A DNA stretch of 64,000 nucleotides from an uncultured Chloroflexia bacterium. GTDB taxonomy: Bacteria; Chloroflexota; Anaerolineae; CG2-30-64-16. A program made the translations under genes and the position numbers. Position 1 is the first letter of the stretch. Every line of letters starts with the position of its first letter. A model generated the notes under the pieces. That model was not told where the DNA came from. It ran no database searches and saw only the letters and a program-made list of their open reading frames with translations. This document shows, in pieces, positions 17,806 through 27,600 of this stretch. The stretch is from NCBI GenBank assembly GCA_963841825.1, contig CAWJEL010000024.1, positions 44,982-108,981 on the forward strand. The letters are read 5' to 3'.

Positions 17806-17993
17806 GCATCGTTTTTGACCATTGGCGGTTGAGCCGGTGGCGGGCGGCTGACGCCCTTCGTTACGCAGCCGCTGAGGACGGATATCGAAGGATTTCATGC
17901 GTTACCGGACTTGGGCTACCCGGGGCGCTGAACGCGAGGCCGCGAGGCGCAGAGTCGGCAGTTCCGCAGATCGCGAGCGCCACGGCGTTGTGA
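17399..17993 (+). pseudogene. DUF1801 (YdhG-like) paralogue, copy 1. Frame break at 17444-17446, and 3'-truncated at 17805, after which it reads on into unrelated sequence.
   Basis: GGGAGG RBS plus ATG 17399 gives [16 protein letters not shown]. The family sequence [11 protein letters not shown]...[18 protein letters not shown] continues in the +1 frame. Homology to copy 2 stops at 17805. Confidence 0.6.
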
Positions 17994-18069
17994 GGGAAAT
18001 CCGCCAGCACAGAAGCAGCCTGGCTCGGCATCACCCACATTAGTTTTGGATGAGAGTGTAAGGAGGCGG

Positions 18070-19086
18070 ATGACTACAATTGGCGAGCATCTTCACGGAG
18101 GCATGGTCAGTGAGGAAGAGATCAAGCGGGTTCGCGAGGCTCTGCTGTTCGAGGAGCCTGAAAGGAGGCGCAAACTCACGCGGTTCTTCTCTCTCCTGAT
18201 CCTCGCCGCTGCGATCGCTACATTCGGGCTGCTGGCGGACTCCGTCGCGACCGTTATCGGGGCGATGATCGTCGCCCCACTCATGCTTCCCATCATGGGC
18301 GTGGCTTTTGGCGTTAGCCTCTCGGACCGCAAGATCATTTTGAGTTCGCTAACCACATCGCTCTTGGGCATCGCCACCGCAATTTCAGTCGGCTTCTTGC
18401 TCACATGGGGATTGCGCGACCTGATCAACGTAGAGTCAAACACGCAGATCATTACTCGTACCGCACCACGGCTCATCGATCTGTGCGCGGCGTTAGCCAC
18501 TGGTCTCGCCGGTGCATTCGCCACCGGTCGGAGGGACGTTTCCGACACGCTGCCCGGGGTTGCCATCGCAATCTCCCTGGTGCCTCCGCTGACGAACGTG
18601 GGAATACTGCTCGCGACCGGTCGACCGGATCTGGCGATGGGCAGCCTGCTCCTCTTTGTCACAAACTACTTGGCGATTCTTTTGACCGGCTCCTTAATGT
18701 TCACAATCATGGGGTACCCTCGTGCGTACCACGCGTTCCATTCCCGCTCCGCCCGGCGGACCACTATCGCCATCGCCATCGCGCTACTCGTGTTTGTAAT
18801 CATTCCGCTGTCGGCCACCAGCTACAAGACCGTCCAGGATGCTGTCGTCGAACAGCGTGCCACAGGCATCACCAAGGTCTGGTTGGCGAGCGGCGACTAC
18901 CGGCTAGTCTCTGTAAATTCCGGGAATGGCATGGTACGACTCGTCGTCGCTGGCCAAGGAGCTCTCCCACCACAACAGGACCTGCAAGATGCACTCCGAG
19001 GTAAACTCTTCCAGTTGCCGGTTGTCCTGGAAGTTGTGCCCGAGACACGGAGCATGTTTGAGACGGTGGCGGTTGGTAGCCAGTAG
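18070..19086 (+). CDS. DUF389-family integral membrane protein.
   Basis: AAGGAGG RBS. LADSVATVIGAMIVAPLMLPIMG and LPGVAIAISLVPPL repeat-type TM motifs. Confidence 0.8.
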   Translation: MTTIGEHLHGGMVSEEEIKRVREALLFEEPERRRKLTRFFSLLILAAAIATFGLLADSVATVIGAMIVAPLMLPIMGVAFGVSLSDRKIILSSLTTSLLGIATAISVGFLLTWGLRDLINVESNTQIITRTAPRLIDLCAALATGLAGAFATGRRDVSDTLPGVAIAISLVPPLTNVGILLATGRPDLAMGSLLLFVTNYLAILLTGSLMFTIMGYPRAYHAFHSRSARRTTIAIAIALLVFVIIPLSATSYKTVQDAVVEQRATGITKVWLASGDYRLVSVNSGNGMVRLVVAGQGALPPQQDLQDALRGKLFQLPVVLEVVPETRSMFETVAVGSQ

Positions 19087-19245
19087 GCGCCTCATCGAAG
19101 TTCGCGTCCAACAGACCTCTTGATGCAGATGGGGCGGCGACAAACGGCGGCCTAACAACTTGCTGGAGCAGACCCGCCTGGCTTGGCGCGATAATCTGAA
19201 CGTGACTTGACCGGGCCGCTCGGATCGAGGCCGTTAGTATCTCAT

Positions 19246-19665
19246 ATGCAACGTCGTGGTCCTGGTTTCGCTGTTCTGTATCGGTGGCGGCTTCATCCTG
19301 GCTCGGAAGCCTCTTTCATCGAGGCATGGTCCCGCGTATCCGAACACCTGCTCAAGCACGGAGGTTCGCTTGGCTCGCGGCTGCATCGTGGTCCCGATGG
19401 GCTTTGGTACAACTATGCCCAGTGGCCAAGCGGAAAGGCGCGCGCTGCAGCGTTCCGTTCGACTCCTGCCGATCCGGCTGCCGGCGAGCAGATGCGCGCT
19501 GCCATCGCCGAGAGCTATCCAGAACTTGTGTTGGAATCCGTCGCTGACTTCATGTTTCTTCCACATGAGGTCGACGCCAACCCGTCGGTCAAGCGGACGT
19601 GCTTACGGCACGCCGCTGACCCCCACCGGTTAAGCGCCCGCATAATGGGCGCCTGGCAATTGTGA
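19246..19665 (+). CDS. ABM (antibiotic biosynthesis monooxygenase-like) domain protein. The C-terminus runs into the 0.5 kb repeat.
   Basis: FAVLYRWRLHPGSEASFIEAWSRVSEHL...GSRLHRGPDGLWYNYAQWPS. Confidence 0.5.
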   Translation: MQRRGPGFAVLYRWRLHPGSEASFIEAWSRVSEHLLKHGGSLGSRLHRGPDGLWYNYAQWPSGKARAAAFRSTPADPAAGEQMRAAIAESYPELVLESVADFMFLPHEVDANPSVKRTCLRHAADPHRLSARIMGAWQL

Positions 19666-20163
19666 TCAAAGCTGCTGAAAATCCAGAACATGCGCGCTAT
19701 GATTTCTGCCAGGGTGTCTGCGGCACACGCATTCAAACAAACGGGAGGAAATCCTCATGAACCAAGACAAGAGCACCACCGCGATCGACGAGAACGTCCA
19801 AGGGATTCACGGACGAGGAACGCGCCGCGATGAAGGAGCGCAGCCAAGAGTTGAAAGCGGCCGCGCGCGCGAACAAGAACAAGGCGGACGGGGAAAGCGA
19901 CGTGCTCGCGAAGATCGCCGAGATGGAGGAACCGGATCGCTCAATGGCCACGCGGCTCCATGCGATCATCAAGGCCAGCGCGCCGGCCCTTGCGCCGAAA
20001 ACCTGGTACGGGATGCCCGCGTATGCCAAGGACGGCAAGGTCATCTGCTTCTTCCAGGCTGCGAGTAAGTTCAACACGCGGTACGCGACGTTCGGCTTCC
20101 AGCACGATGCGAACCTGGACGACGGCGACCTGTGGCCGACCGCGTTCGCGCTGAAGGCGTTGA
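19651..20163 (+). repeat. Direct repeat copy 2 (0.51 kb).
   Basis: See 17294-17805. Confidence 0.9.
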
Positions 20164-20216
20164 CCGCCGCCACAGAGGCAAGGATCAGCGCGCTCGTGCA
20201 GAAAGCGGCGAGCTGA
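19757..20216 (+). pseudogene. DUF1801 (YdhG-like) paralogue, copy 2. Full length, but with the same frame break as copy 1 (19802-19804).
   Basis: The same RBS and leader ([16 protein letters not shown]), then +1 frame [17 protein letters not shown]...[19 protein letters not shown]. Confidence 0.65.
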
Positions 20217-20278
20217 GAAGCGATCTCGCCACCTATATATCGAGGCGACACCGCACTTTGTTTCGGAGGGTCAACAGC

Positions 20279-20870
20279 ATGGATGGCATGAATCCTAAGG
20301 TTGAGTTTTTCTTTAGCAAAGCCAAACAGTGGCAGGAAGAATATGCGAAGTTGAGAATGATCGTTCTTGACTGTCAACTGACCGAAGAATTGAAGTGGGG
20401 TTGTCCTTGTTACACGTTTGAGGGAAGCAACATCGTCTTAATCCATGGATTTAAGGAATACTGTGCGCTTTTGTTTATGAAAGGCGCCTTGTTACAAGGA
20501 TCCCAATGGCATTCTAATCCAACAAACGGAGAATGTGCAGGCGGCGCGCCAGATTCGGTTCACCAATGTGCAAGAAATCGTTGACATGGAACCCATCTTG
20601 AAAGCCTATATTCATGAAGCCATTGAAGTGGAAAAAGCCGGTTTGAAAGTGGATTTTAAAAAGACTGCAGAATTCAGCATGCCTGAAGAATTGAAAGATA
20701 AGTTAGATGAAGTTCCTGGCTTGCAAGACGCTTTTGAAGCATTGACACCAGGACGGCAAAGAGCATACATTCTCTATTTTTCTGCACCCAAACAATCCAA
20801 AACCCGGGAGGCAAGGATTGAAAAATGTATGCCGCAAATTCTCGATGGAAAGGGATTGAATGATCGGTAA
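20279..20870 (+). pseudogene. YdeI/DUF1801-family protein, frameshifted near 20498.
   Basis: MNPKVEFFFSKAKQWQEEYAKLRMIVLDCQLTEELKWGCPCYTF...ALLQ, then in the +1 frame DPNGILIQQTENVQAARQIRFTNVQEI...GRQRAYILYFSAPKQSKTREARIEK. An extra G in CAAGGATCC explains it. Visibly AT-richer than its surroundings. Confidence 0.7.
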
Positions 20871-20893
20871 TTCGATAGCAGATGAGAAGCACT

Positions 20894-21303
20894 ATGTTTG
20901 CGATCAAAGCTGAAGTCAGCGACCCGGGCGCAGAGGCGTTCGCATTCAGCGAGCAAAAGACGATGTACGGCGGCAAGCACATCGCCAGAGGGCGACCTGA
21001 TCTTTGTCTTCGCAAGCGAAAATGAGGGTGGTCAAGGTCTGATCGCCAGCGGCATCGTCACCTCGGTCGAGACGCAGCCCAAAGAAAGCCGGGGTCGCCC
21101 GGCAAACGCCGCGCGTCAGCATCACGATCCGGCGCACCGCGCGCACGCAGCGCCGTCTGGGACGGAGTGAGCTCAAAATCTTCTCCGACTGGCATGACGG
21201 TCGCCCCGAGACCGAGCTCAACTTCAAGTTCTATCGTCAAGCAACGAACAAGATTGTGGGCATCTCAGATGCCGCCGCCGCATTCCTCCGCGAATTCTTT
21301 TAG
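20894..21303 (+). pseudogene. Hypothetical protein spread over three frames (two apparent indels near 20988 and 21091-21100).
   Basis: MFAIKAEVSDPGAEAFAFSEQKTMYGGKHIA / GDLIFVFASENEGGQGLIASGIVTSVETQPKE / RVSITIRRTARTQRRLGRSELKIFSDWHDGRPETELNFKFYRQ... Confidence 0.35.
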
Positions 21304-21386
21304 CGCGGCCGATTTCGGAATGACCACGTCTGTACAGCGCTTGTCCGAAGTGACGCCTAACCATAACCCCATTAAGGAGCAAGCAC

Positions 21387-21956
21387 ATGAGAAAGCTCAA
21401 GCTGCAAGTTCAAATGTCTGTTGACGGCTTCATTTCTGGCCCCAATGGGGAGATGGACTGGATGACCTTTGACTGGGACGATGCGCTCAAAGCGTGCGTG
21501 ACTGAAATAACTACGCCGGTTGACTGTATCGTACTTGGCAGAAAGCTCGCCCAAGGCTTCATTCCCCACTGGGCTGCGGTGGCTGCGAACCCTGATGACC
21601 CGGAATTTGCCGCGGGCCGAAAATTTACCGACACGAACAAAGTCGTCTTCACCAAAACACTTGGCCAGTCAGAATGGGACAAAACCGTGTTGGCAAAGGG
21701 CGACCTTGTCGACGAAATCTCCGTACTGAAGAAGCAAGACGGGAATGATATCATCGCCTATGGCGGCGGGACGTTTGTTTCTGCCCTGATCAAACATGGT
21801 CTCATCGATGAGCTAAATCTCTTCGTCAATCCCGTTGCCCTCGGAGCGGGGATGCCGATATTCAAAGATCTGGAGAGCAAGCAGAGGTTCGTGCTCGAAA
21901 CGTCGAGAGCCTTTTCATGCGGCATCCTTCTGATCAGGTACCGCAAAGCAACCTGA
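21387..21956 (+). CDS. Dihydrofolate reductase-family protein (RibD C-terminal domain type).
   Basis: MRKLKLQVQMSVDGFISGPNGEMDW...IIAYGGGTFVSALIKHGLIDELNLFVNPVALG. Confidence 0.85.
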   Translation: MRKLKLQVQMSVDGFISGPNGEMDWMTFDWDDALKACVTEITTPVDCIVLGRKLAQGFIPHWAAVAANPDDPEFAAGRKFTDTNKVVFTKTLGQSEWDKTVLAKGDLVDEISVLKKQDGNDIIAYGGGTFVSALIKHGLIDELNLFVNPVALGAGMPIFKDLESKQRFVLETSRAFSCGILLIRYRKAT

Positions 21957-22029
21957 CAATGCGTTCCAGCGGTTGCCTCAGGCAGCCCGCACAACTGATC
22001 ACCCCGTCTATCTCTTTGAGGAGCGATCC

Positions 22030-22792
22030 ATGCACAAATTAGCGGGCAAAAGAGTTCTGGTGACAGCGGGCGCCCAAGGTATCGGGCTGGCGATTAGCGA
22101 ACGCATGATCGAAGCCGGAGCGCATTTGGCGGTGCATTACCATTCCAGCGCGGCTGCGGCCCAGGCGCTGGTGACGGAGGCTCGCGCCGACGGGTTGCGA
22201 GCGTGTGCCATCGGTGCAGATCTCACCCATCAAGCTGAAGCAGAGCGTTTGTTGCAGGAAGTGGATGAGCAGCTCGGCGGCTTGGATGTGTTAATCAACA
22301 ATGCAGGTTCCTTGATCGCACGCAAGAACCTGGAGCAGGTGGACGAGGACTACTGGCGCCAGGTGCTGGATGTAAACCTCACCTCCTGCCTCTGGGTGAC
22401 CCAGGCGGCCCTGCCGCTCTTGTGTCGTAACCCCCAGAGCAGCATTGTGAATATGGCCTCGCTGGCTGGGCGCAAAGGGGGGCAGGCGGGGTCATTGGTC
22501 TATGCCGCTGCCAAAGGCGCGGTCTTGACCTGGACGCGCTCGCTGGCCGGTGATCTGGGTCCCGCGCGGCGTGCGCGTGAATGCGGTGGCGCCAGGGTTA
22601 ATTCTGGGCACGTCATTTCACAGCACCCATACTTCCGAGGCAGCTATCCAGGCTACGATTGCCGGAATTCCCCTGGGCCAGGCCGGTTTCGCCGATGACG
22701 TGGCTCGGGCGGTGGTATTTTTGGCGTCGGAATACGACGGTTTCATCTCAGGCGCCACGCTGGACATCAACGGCGGTGCCTATGCCTGCTGA
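22030..22792 (+). pseudogene. SDR-family oxidoreductase, frameshifted near 22562-22568.
   Basis: VLVTAGAQGIGLA, NNAG and YAAAKGAV, then in the other frame GVRVNAVAPGLI...ATLDINGG. There is an extra base in the GGTCCCGCGCGG run. Confidence 0.8.
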
Positions 22793-23330
22793 TCAGTCCT
22801 TCACATTCTTTGCATCAGATCTATTCCGGTTTGGCGCAGTTTTGCTCGGCATCACCGTTTCTGCGTTGGTGATCATGTCGCATCTCAAAGAGCGAACACC
22901 TGGGAAAGTCTTCGAAGTTATCGCCATGGTCACTTTCGGGATTACCGGTTTTGCCAGCATCACCTCGTTTGTCATGCACTTCTTCTTCTCAGACATGGTG
23001 GCGAGTTCGATCGGTTGGCCTCTGGGCAGTCCGTTTCAGAAGGAGGTTGCTGGGGCCAATCTGGCAGTGGGATTGCTCGGTTTTTTGGGTTTCTGGCGGC
23101 GGGACTTCTGGCTGCCCTATGTGATTGCCAAGACCGCATTCCTTTGGATCGCAGGCATCACGCATGTAGCTGATCTTCTCCAGCATCAGAACCTGGCGAC
23201 GGGCAACGCGGGGCTGACGCTTTACCTGGACTTCATCTGGCCGCTGGTTTTTATGCTTCTGCTGTGGCTTACAACGCGCTACGGCAAGCCAGCGCCACCG
23301 GGATTTGTGTATCGAACACCGCAACTGTAA
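22782..23330 (+). CDS. Hypothetical polytopic membrane protein.
   Basis: Five or six hydrophobic segments. ATG 22782 overlaps the SDR stop. Confidence 0.55.
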   Translation: MPADQSFTFFASDLFRFGAVLLGITVSALVIMSHLKERTPGKVFEVIAMVTFGITGFASITSFVMHFFFSDMVASSIGWPLGSPFQKEVAGANLAVGLLGFLGFWRRDFWLPYVIAKTAFLWIAGITHVADLLQHQNLATGNAGLTLYLDFIWPLVFMLLLWLTTRYGKPAPPGFVYRTPQL

Positions 23331-23389
23331 GATTATGGCACATGCCCGGTCGATACTCCCATCCAACACCGCAGTAAGAGGATTGCAAT

Positions 23390-24184
23390 ATGTCCAAACT
23401 AACCATCCATGATTTGTTCCAGGCGAAAAAAGAAGGCCGCCAGTTTGTTGAAATTCGAACCAGCGATGTTAATGAAGCGATTGCGTGTGCTGAAGCCGGC
23501 GTGGAAATCATCATGTGCATGCGGCAAGATCTGCCCATCATCCGACCGGCGGTCCCCGATGCGTTTATCATCTCGGCCAATCTGCTGGATCAACCGCATA
23601 TCGCCAGTCCGGAGCAGGCCATCGCTGCCGGATTTGAGTTGATGAATCTCGGCGCTGATGCGGTTTATTCCGGGATGAGCATGAAAGTGGTTGAGGCAAT
23701 GGCCAAAGAGTACATCCCTGTGGTAGGCCATATCGGGTTTGTGCCCTATCGGAGCACCTGGTTAGGTGGCACGCGAGCTGTTGGGAAAACGGCGGAAGAA
23801 GCGGTCAAGGTCTACGAAGCGGCAAAGGCCTATCAGGATGCGGGCGCCATCGGTGTGGAAATTGAAATCGTACCCGCCCGCGTAACAGAGGAAATTGGCA
23901 AGCGCCTGGAAAACCTGATCCTGATCTCCATGGGCAGTGGCACCGGAGGAACGGTTCAGTATCTGTTCGCCACCGATGTGCTTGGGACAAACAAGGGGCA
24001 TATCCCGCGCCATGCCAAGATGTACGGAAACATCGGCGCGGAAGAGGCGCGTGTGCAACAGCTCAGGATCGCTGCGTTCCGGGCGTTGCACGATGACGTT
24101 GCGAGCGGAGGTTATCCGGGGACAGAGCATATTCTGGGGATCAAAGACGGCGAGTTCGAGGGTTTTGTCTCGTGCCTTCCGTAA
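23390..24184 (+). CDS. PanB-like (3-methyl-2-oxobutanoate hydroxymethyltransferase family) TIM-barrel enzyme.
   Basis: The layout and motifs VVGHIGFVPY and GAIGVEIEIVP resemble ketopantoate hydroxymethyltransferases, but it is divergent. Confidence 0.6.
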   Translation: MSKLTIHDLFQAKKEGRQFVEIRTSDVNEAIACAEAGVEIIMCMRQDLPIIRPAVPDAFIISANLLDQPHIASPEQAIAAGFELMNLGADAVYSGMSMKVVEAMAKEYIPVVGHIGFVPYRSTWLGGTRAVGKTAEEAVKVYEAAKAYQDAGAIGVEIEIVPARVTEEIGKRLENLILISMGSGTGGTVQYLFATDVLGTNKGHIPRHAKMYGNIGAEEARVQQLRIAAFRALHDDVASGGYPGTEHILGIKDGEFEGFVSCLP

Positions 24185-24232
24185 GGTGAGATGCGTGGTG
24201 AAACGTAAGGGTAAAGCCACCGGAGGGGACTC

Positions 24233-25231
24233 ATGAAAGCAATCGCGTGTACAGGTTACGGGCCACCGGAAGTCCTTCAGCTCAAGGAGGTGGAAAAACC
24301 GCTCCCGAAGGACAACGAGGTGTTGATAAGGATTCACGCGACCACAGTCACGGCGGCCGATTGCGAGATCCGCAGGTTCGACTTCCCAGGCTGGGTCTGG
24401 CTCCCCCTACGACTGTGGTTCGGCCTCAGCAGACCACGAAAACCCGTGCTGGGGCAAGAGCTTGCCGGCGTCATCGAATCGGCAGGCAAGGATGTCAGGT
24501 CGTTCACGAGAGGCGAACGAGTTTTCGCGTCTACCGGTGTTGGCCTGGGCGCTCATGCCGAATACATCTGCCTGCCTGAACAACCTGAAGGCGGGGCGCT
24601 GGCAACGATGCCGGCCAACATGAGCTACGAGGAGGCTGCCGCCGTTCCCTACGGGGGACGCGAGGCATTGCAGTTCCTGCGCAAAGCCAACATCAAGGCC
24701 GGGCAGAAGCTACTGATCAATGGTGCGGGAGGAAGTTTCGGCACGTTTGCCGTACAACTCGCCAAGGTCTTCGGCGCGGATGTCACCGCCGTGGATGCCG
24801 GGGCGAAATTGGACATGCTCCGCTCGATCGGCGCCGACCATGTTGTCGACTACACCCAGCAAGACTTCACCGCAACCGGCGACACCTATGATGTTATCTT
24901 CGACGTGATAGGCAAGAGCCCGTTTGCGCGCAGCGTGAAATCGCTGCGGCCCAACGGACGCTATCTCCTGGCGAATCCCAGGCTGTCCCCACTGCTTCGC
25001 GGGCTATGGACCTCGTTGACGAGCGACAAGAAGGTGATCTTCGGGGCAGCAAGCGGTACGAATGAAGACCTCGCTTTCCTCAGAGAGCTGATCGAGGCGG
25101 GGAAGGTGCGATCCATCATCGATCGCTGCTATCCGCTGGAGCAGATGGCCGAGGCGCACAGGTATGCTGAAACGGGACAGAAGCGGGGCAATCTGGTCAT
25201 CACAGTGGTACACGATGACAGTACGTCTTGA
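24233..25231 (+). CDS. NAD(P)-dependent medium-chain dehydrogenase / quinone oxidoreductase.
   Basis: GYGPPEVLQLKEVEKP, LINGAGGSFGTFAVQLAK and a C-terminal GKVRSIID...AHRYAETG.KRGNLVI. Confidence 0.85.
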   Translation: MKAIACTGYGPPEVLQLKEVEKPLPKDNEVLIRIHATTVTAADCEIRRFDFPGWVWLPLRLWFGLSRPRKPVLGQELAGVIESAGKDVRSFTRGERVFASTGVGLGAHAEYICLPEQPEGGALATMPANMSYEEAAAVPYGGREALQFLRKANIKAGQKLLINGAGGSFGTFAVQLAKVFGADVTAVDAGAKLDMLRSIGADHVVDYTQQDFTATGDTYDVIFDVIGKSPFARSVKSLRPNGRYLLANPRLSPLLRGLWTSLTSDKKVIFGAASGTNEDLAFLRELIEAGKVRSIIDRCYPLEQMAEAHRYAETGQKRGNLVITVVHDDSTS

Positions 25232-25273
25232 CGAAATAGCATTTGCAGAACGAGACGAGTAAGGAGCCACCAC

Positions 25274-25765
25274 ATGAACCCTACCGATACACTCACCACG
25301 CTGTTTCACCACAACCGTTGGGCAAATCTGCGCCTGCTCGAACGATGCGCTGCGTTGAGCGATGAACAACTCGATGCCAGCATTGCGGGCGCCTATGGTT
25401 CCATCCGTGCCACATTGCAGCACATCGTCACTGCCGAACAATCATACTTGTTGCGCATCACCACCGGGCAACGGCACAGCCGCCCGAAAGATGCGCCGCC
25501 CATGACGTTAGCGGAAATGGCGGAATCGGCGCGTACGACCGGCGCTGGCTTGATTGAGTGGGCGCCCAAGGTGCAAGCCGACGATACGGTGCCAATCGAC
25601 TGGGACGGCAGCCCGCGTGACGTGCCAAAGACGATCCTTCTCACCCAAGCGATCAACCACGCCACCGAACACCGCGCCCAGGTCATGGCGATTCTAACGC
25701 AGTTGGGAATCCAACCACCGGAGTTGGACGGTTGGACCTATTTCGAGAGCAGATCTGAGCAGTGA
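25274..25765 (+). CDS. DinB-family protein.
   Basis: NRWANLRLL...LQHIVTAEQSY...INHATEHRAQV, a His triad pattern. Confidence 0.8.
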   Translation: MNPTDTLTTLFHHNRWANLRLLERCAALSDEQLDASIAGAYGSIRATLQHIVTAEQSYLLRITTGQRHSRPKDAPPMTLAEMAESARTTGAGLIEWAPKVQADDTVPIDWDGSPRDVPKTILLTQAINHATEHRAQVMAILTQLGIQPPELDGWTYFESRSEQ

Positions 25766-26589
25766 TGGGAGTGTTGATGCTGAATCAAAATGATCCTCAA
25801 AACCGGGCTCAAATCGTCTATTTCTCCCATGGCGGAGGTCCTTTGCCGATTCTCGGAGATCCCGGTCACAAGGCGATGGTGGATTTCATGCTTCAGCTTC
25901 CGGCTCGGTTGCGGAAACCAGAAGCGATCCTTGTGATCAGCGCCCATTGGGAAGAGGGTGTTGCGACTCTATTGGGCGCACAAACGCCTGCCATGTTCTA
26001 CGATTATTACGGTTTCCCGGAAGCCGCCTACGAGATCACTTATCCGGCTCCGGGGAACCCTGCCCTGGCGCAGAGGATCGCCGGCTTATTGAACAAGAAC
26101 AATATACCGGCTCGCATCGATCCGCAGCGGGGATTTGACCACGGTCTGTTTATCCCGCTGAAACTGATGTATCCCCAAGCCGATATTCCGTCGCTTCAAC
26201 TTTCGCTCCTGCGGGGTCTTGACCCGGCCGCGCATCTGGCCCTCGGCAGGGCGTTGCGCGAGCTCATGGACGAAAACATCCTGGTGATCGGCTCCGGTTT
26301 TTCGTTCCATAACGTGAGGGCATTCGCCTGGCAAGGTGTGAATGCGCCAGATCCAGCCAATGACGCCTTTCAGGATTGGCTGATCGATGTATGTGCTGGC
26401 CCCATATCCCCGGCCGAGCGCGAACAACGTCTGGTCGGGTGGCAGAAAGCACCTTCTGCGCGCTACTGTCACCCGCGTGAGGAGCATCTGTTGCCGCTCC
26501 ACGTGTGTCTTGGCATGGCGGACAAGGCTGCCACCGTGATATTTGATGACTATATCCTGGGCAAGCGCGGGGTCGCGTTTCTGTGGTGA
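25765..26589 (+). CDS. Class III extradiol dioxygenase (4,5-DOPA dioxygenase / YgiD-like).
   Basis: VYFSHGGGPLPILGDP...ILVISAHWEE...FDHGLFIPL...IGSGFSFHN...HLLPLHV. Confidence 0.8.
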   Translation: MGVLMLNQNDPQNRAQIVYFSHGGGPLPILGDPGHKAMVDFMLQLPARLRKPEAILVISAHWEEGVATLLGAQTPAMFYDYYGFPEAAYEITYPAPGNPALAQRIAGLLNKNNIPARIDPQRGFDHGLFIPLKLMYPQADIPSLQLSLLRGLDPAAHLALGRALRELMDENILVIGSGFSFHNVRAFAWQGVNAPDPANDAFQDWLIDVCAGPISPAEREQRLVGWQKAPSARYCHPREEHLLPLHVCLGMADKAATVIFDDYILGKRGVAFLW

Positions 26590-26649
26590 GGAAACATCGC
26601 AAAACATAAGCTCGGCGGAGTGCGGCAGAATCGGTTCACTGGTGAAGGG

Positions 26650-27405
26650 ATGGCCATTAGCGCCAAAGAACAAGCCATGACCTCAGTCTCAGAACACTAC
26701 ACAAATCTCCTGGCCCCCATCTATCTGTGGATGGCGGGTGGTATTGATGCCGCGCTCATGCAGGGCGCCAAGGACATTTCGCCATATCTCCCGGCGCAGT
26801 CAGTCAATTCCGTCGCCATCGATCTGGGCGCTGGCTTCGGCATGCATGCCATCCCGCTGGCACGCAACGGCTACGCTGTTACGGCCATCGACACGTCGCC
26901 CGTTCTGCTTGCCGAATTGCAGAAGTACGCGCAAGGGTTGAACATTCAAACGATCGAGGCTGATTTGCTCCATTTCCGGGAGTACATTGCAGCCAAGGCA
27001 GATTTGATCCTTTGTATGGGTGATACCATCACACACCTTCAGGAGGTGGCGCATGTCGAGCATCTGTTCAAGCAGATCGCAGGTGCGCTGGCGCCTGACG
27101 GCCGCGCGGTGATCACGTTTCGCGACTACACGAGTCCGCTGAAGGGCGATGCGCGCTTCATTCCGGTCAGGAGCGATGCCGACCGCATTCACACGTGCTT
27201 TCTCGAAGAAGCGCCGGAGCACATGATCGTACACGATCTGGTCTACGAGCGTCAGGGAACTGCTTGGGGCTTCAGGGTAAGCAGCTACAAGAAGCTCCGG
27301 CTGTCTCCGGAATGGGTGTTATTGGCGCTGGAGCGGGCCGGCCTCAAGGCAGCCATTGATGCTGGCCCGCGAGGCATGCTCCGTGTCATCGCGCTTGGCG
27401 CTTAA
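26650..27405 (+). CDS. Class I SAM-dependent methyltransferase.
   Basis: AIDLGAGFGMHAIPLA, VTAIDTSP and DLILCMGDTITHL. Start ambiguous (26620 GTG, 26650 or 26677 ATG). Confidence 0.75.
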   Translation: MAISAKEQAMTSVSEHYTNLLAPIYLWMAGGIDAALMQGAKDISPYLPAQSVNSVAIDLGAGFGMHAIPLARNGYAVTAIDTSPVLLAELQKYAQGLNIQTIEADLLHFREYIAAKADLILCMGDTITHLQEVAHVEHLFKQIAGALAPDGRAVITFRDYTSPLKGDARFIPVRSDADRIHTCFLEEAPEHMIVHDLVYERQGTAWGFRVSSYKKLRLSPEWVLLALERAGLKAAIDAGPRGMLRVIALGA

Positions 27406-27408
27406 GCC

Positions 27409-27499
27409 CTATCCGAAAATTACCATTGCACGCCCCCTGAGCCTGTCGAAGGGGGCGTCCTTCGACAGGCTCAGGACGCGCAATTGGGTTTTCGGATAG
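27409..27499. repeat. REP/MITE-like long palindrome containing the CTGAGCCTGTCGAAGGG core.
   Basis: CTATCCGAAAA-TACCATTGCACGCCCCCTGAGCCTGTCGAAGGGGGCGTCCTTCGACAGGCTCAGGACGCGCAATTGGGTTTTCGGATAG; the arms are near-perfect complements. Related cores occur at 28421, 34724, 34915, 36283, 60135 and 62627. Confidence 0.8.
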
Positions 27500-27600
27500 A
27501 CTCTTAACGCAAACGCCCGGCCAAGAATAAAACCAAAAGCTTTGGCGGTCAGCGTTCTCGGCATTGAGGTCACTGCAAGGCGTTACCAGGAGGCATTGCC

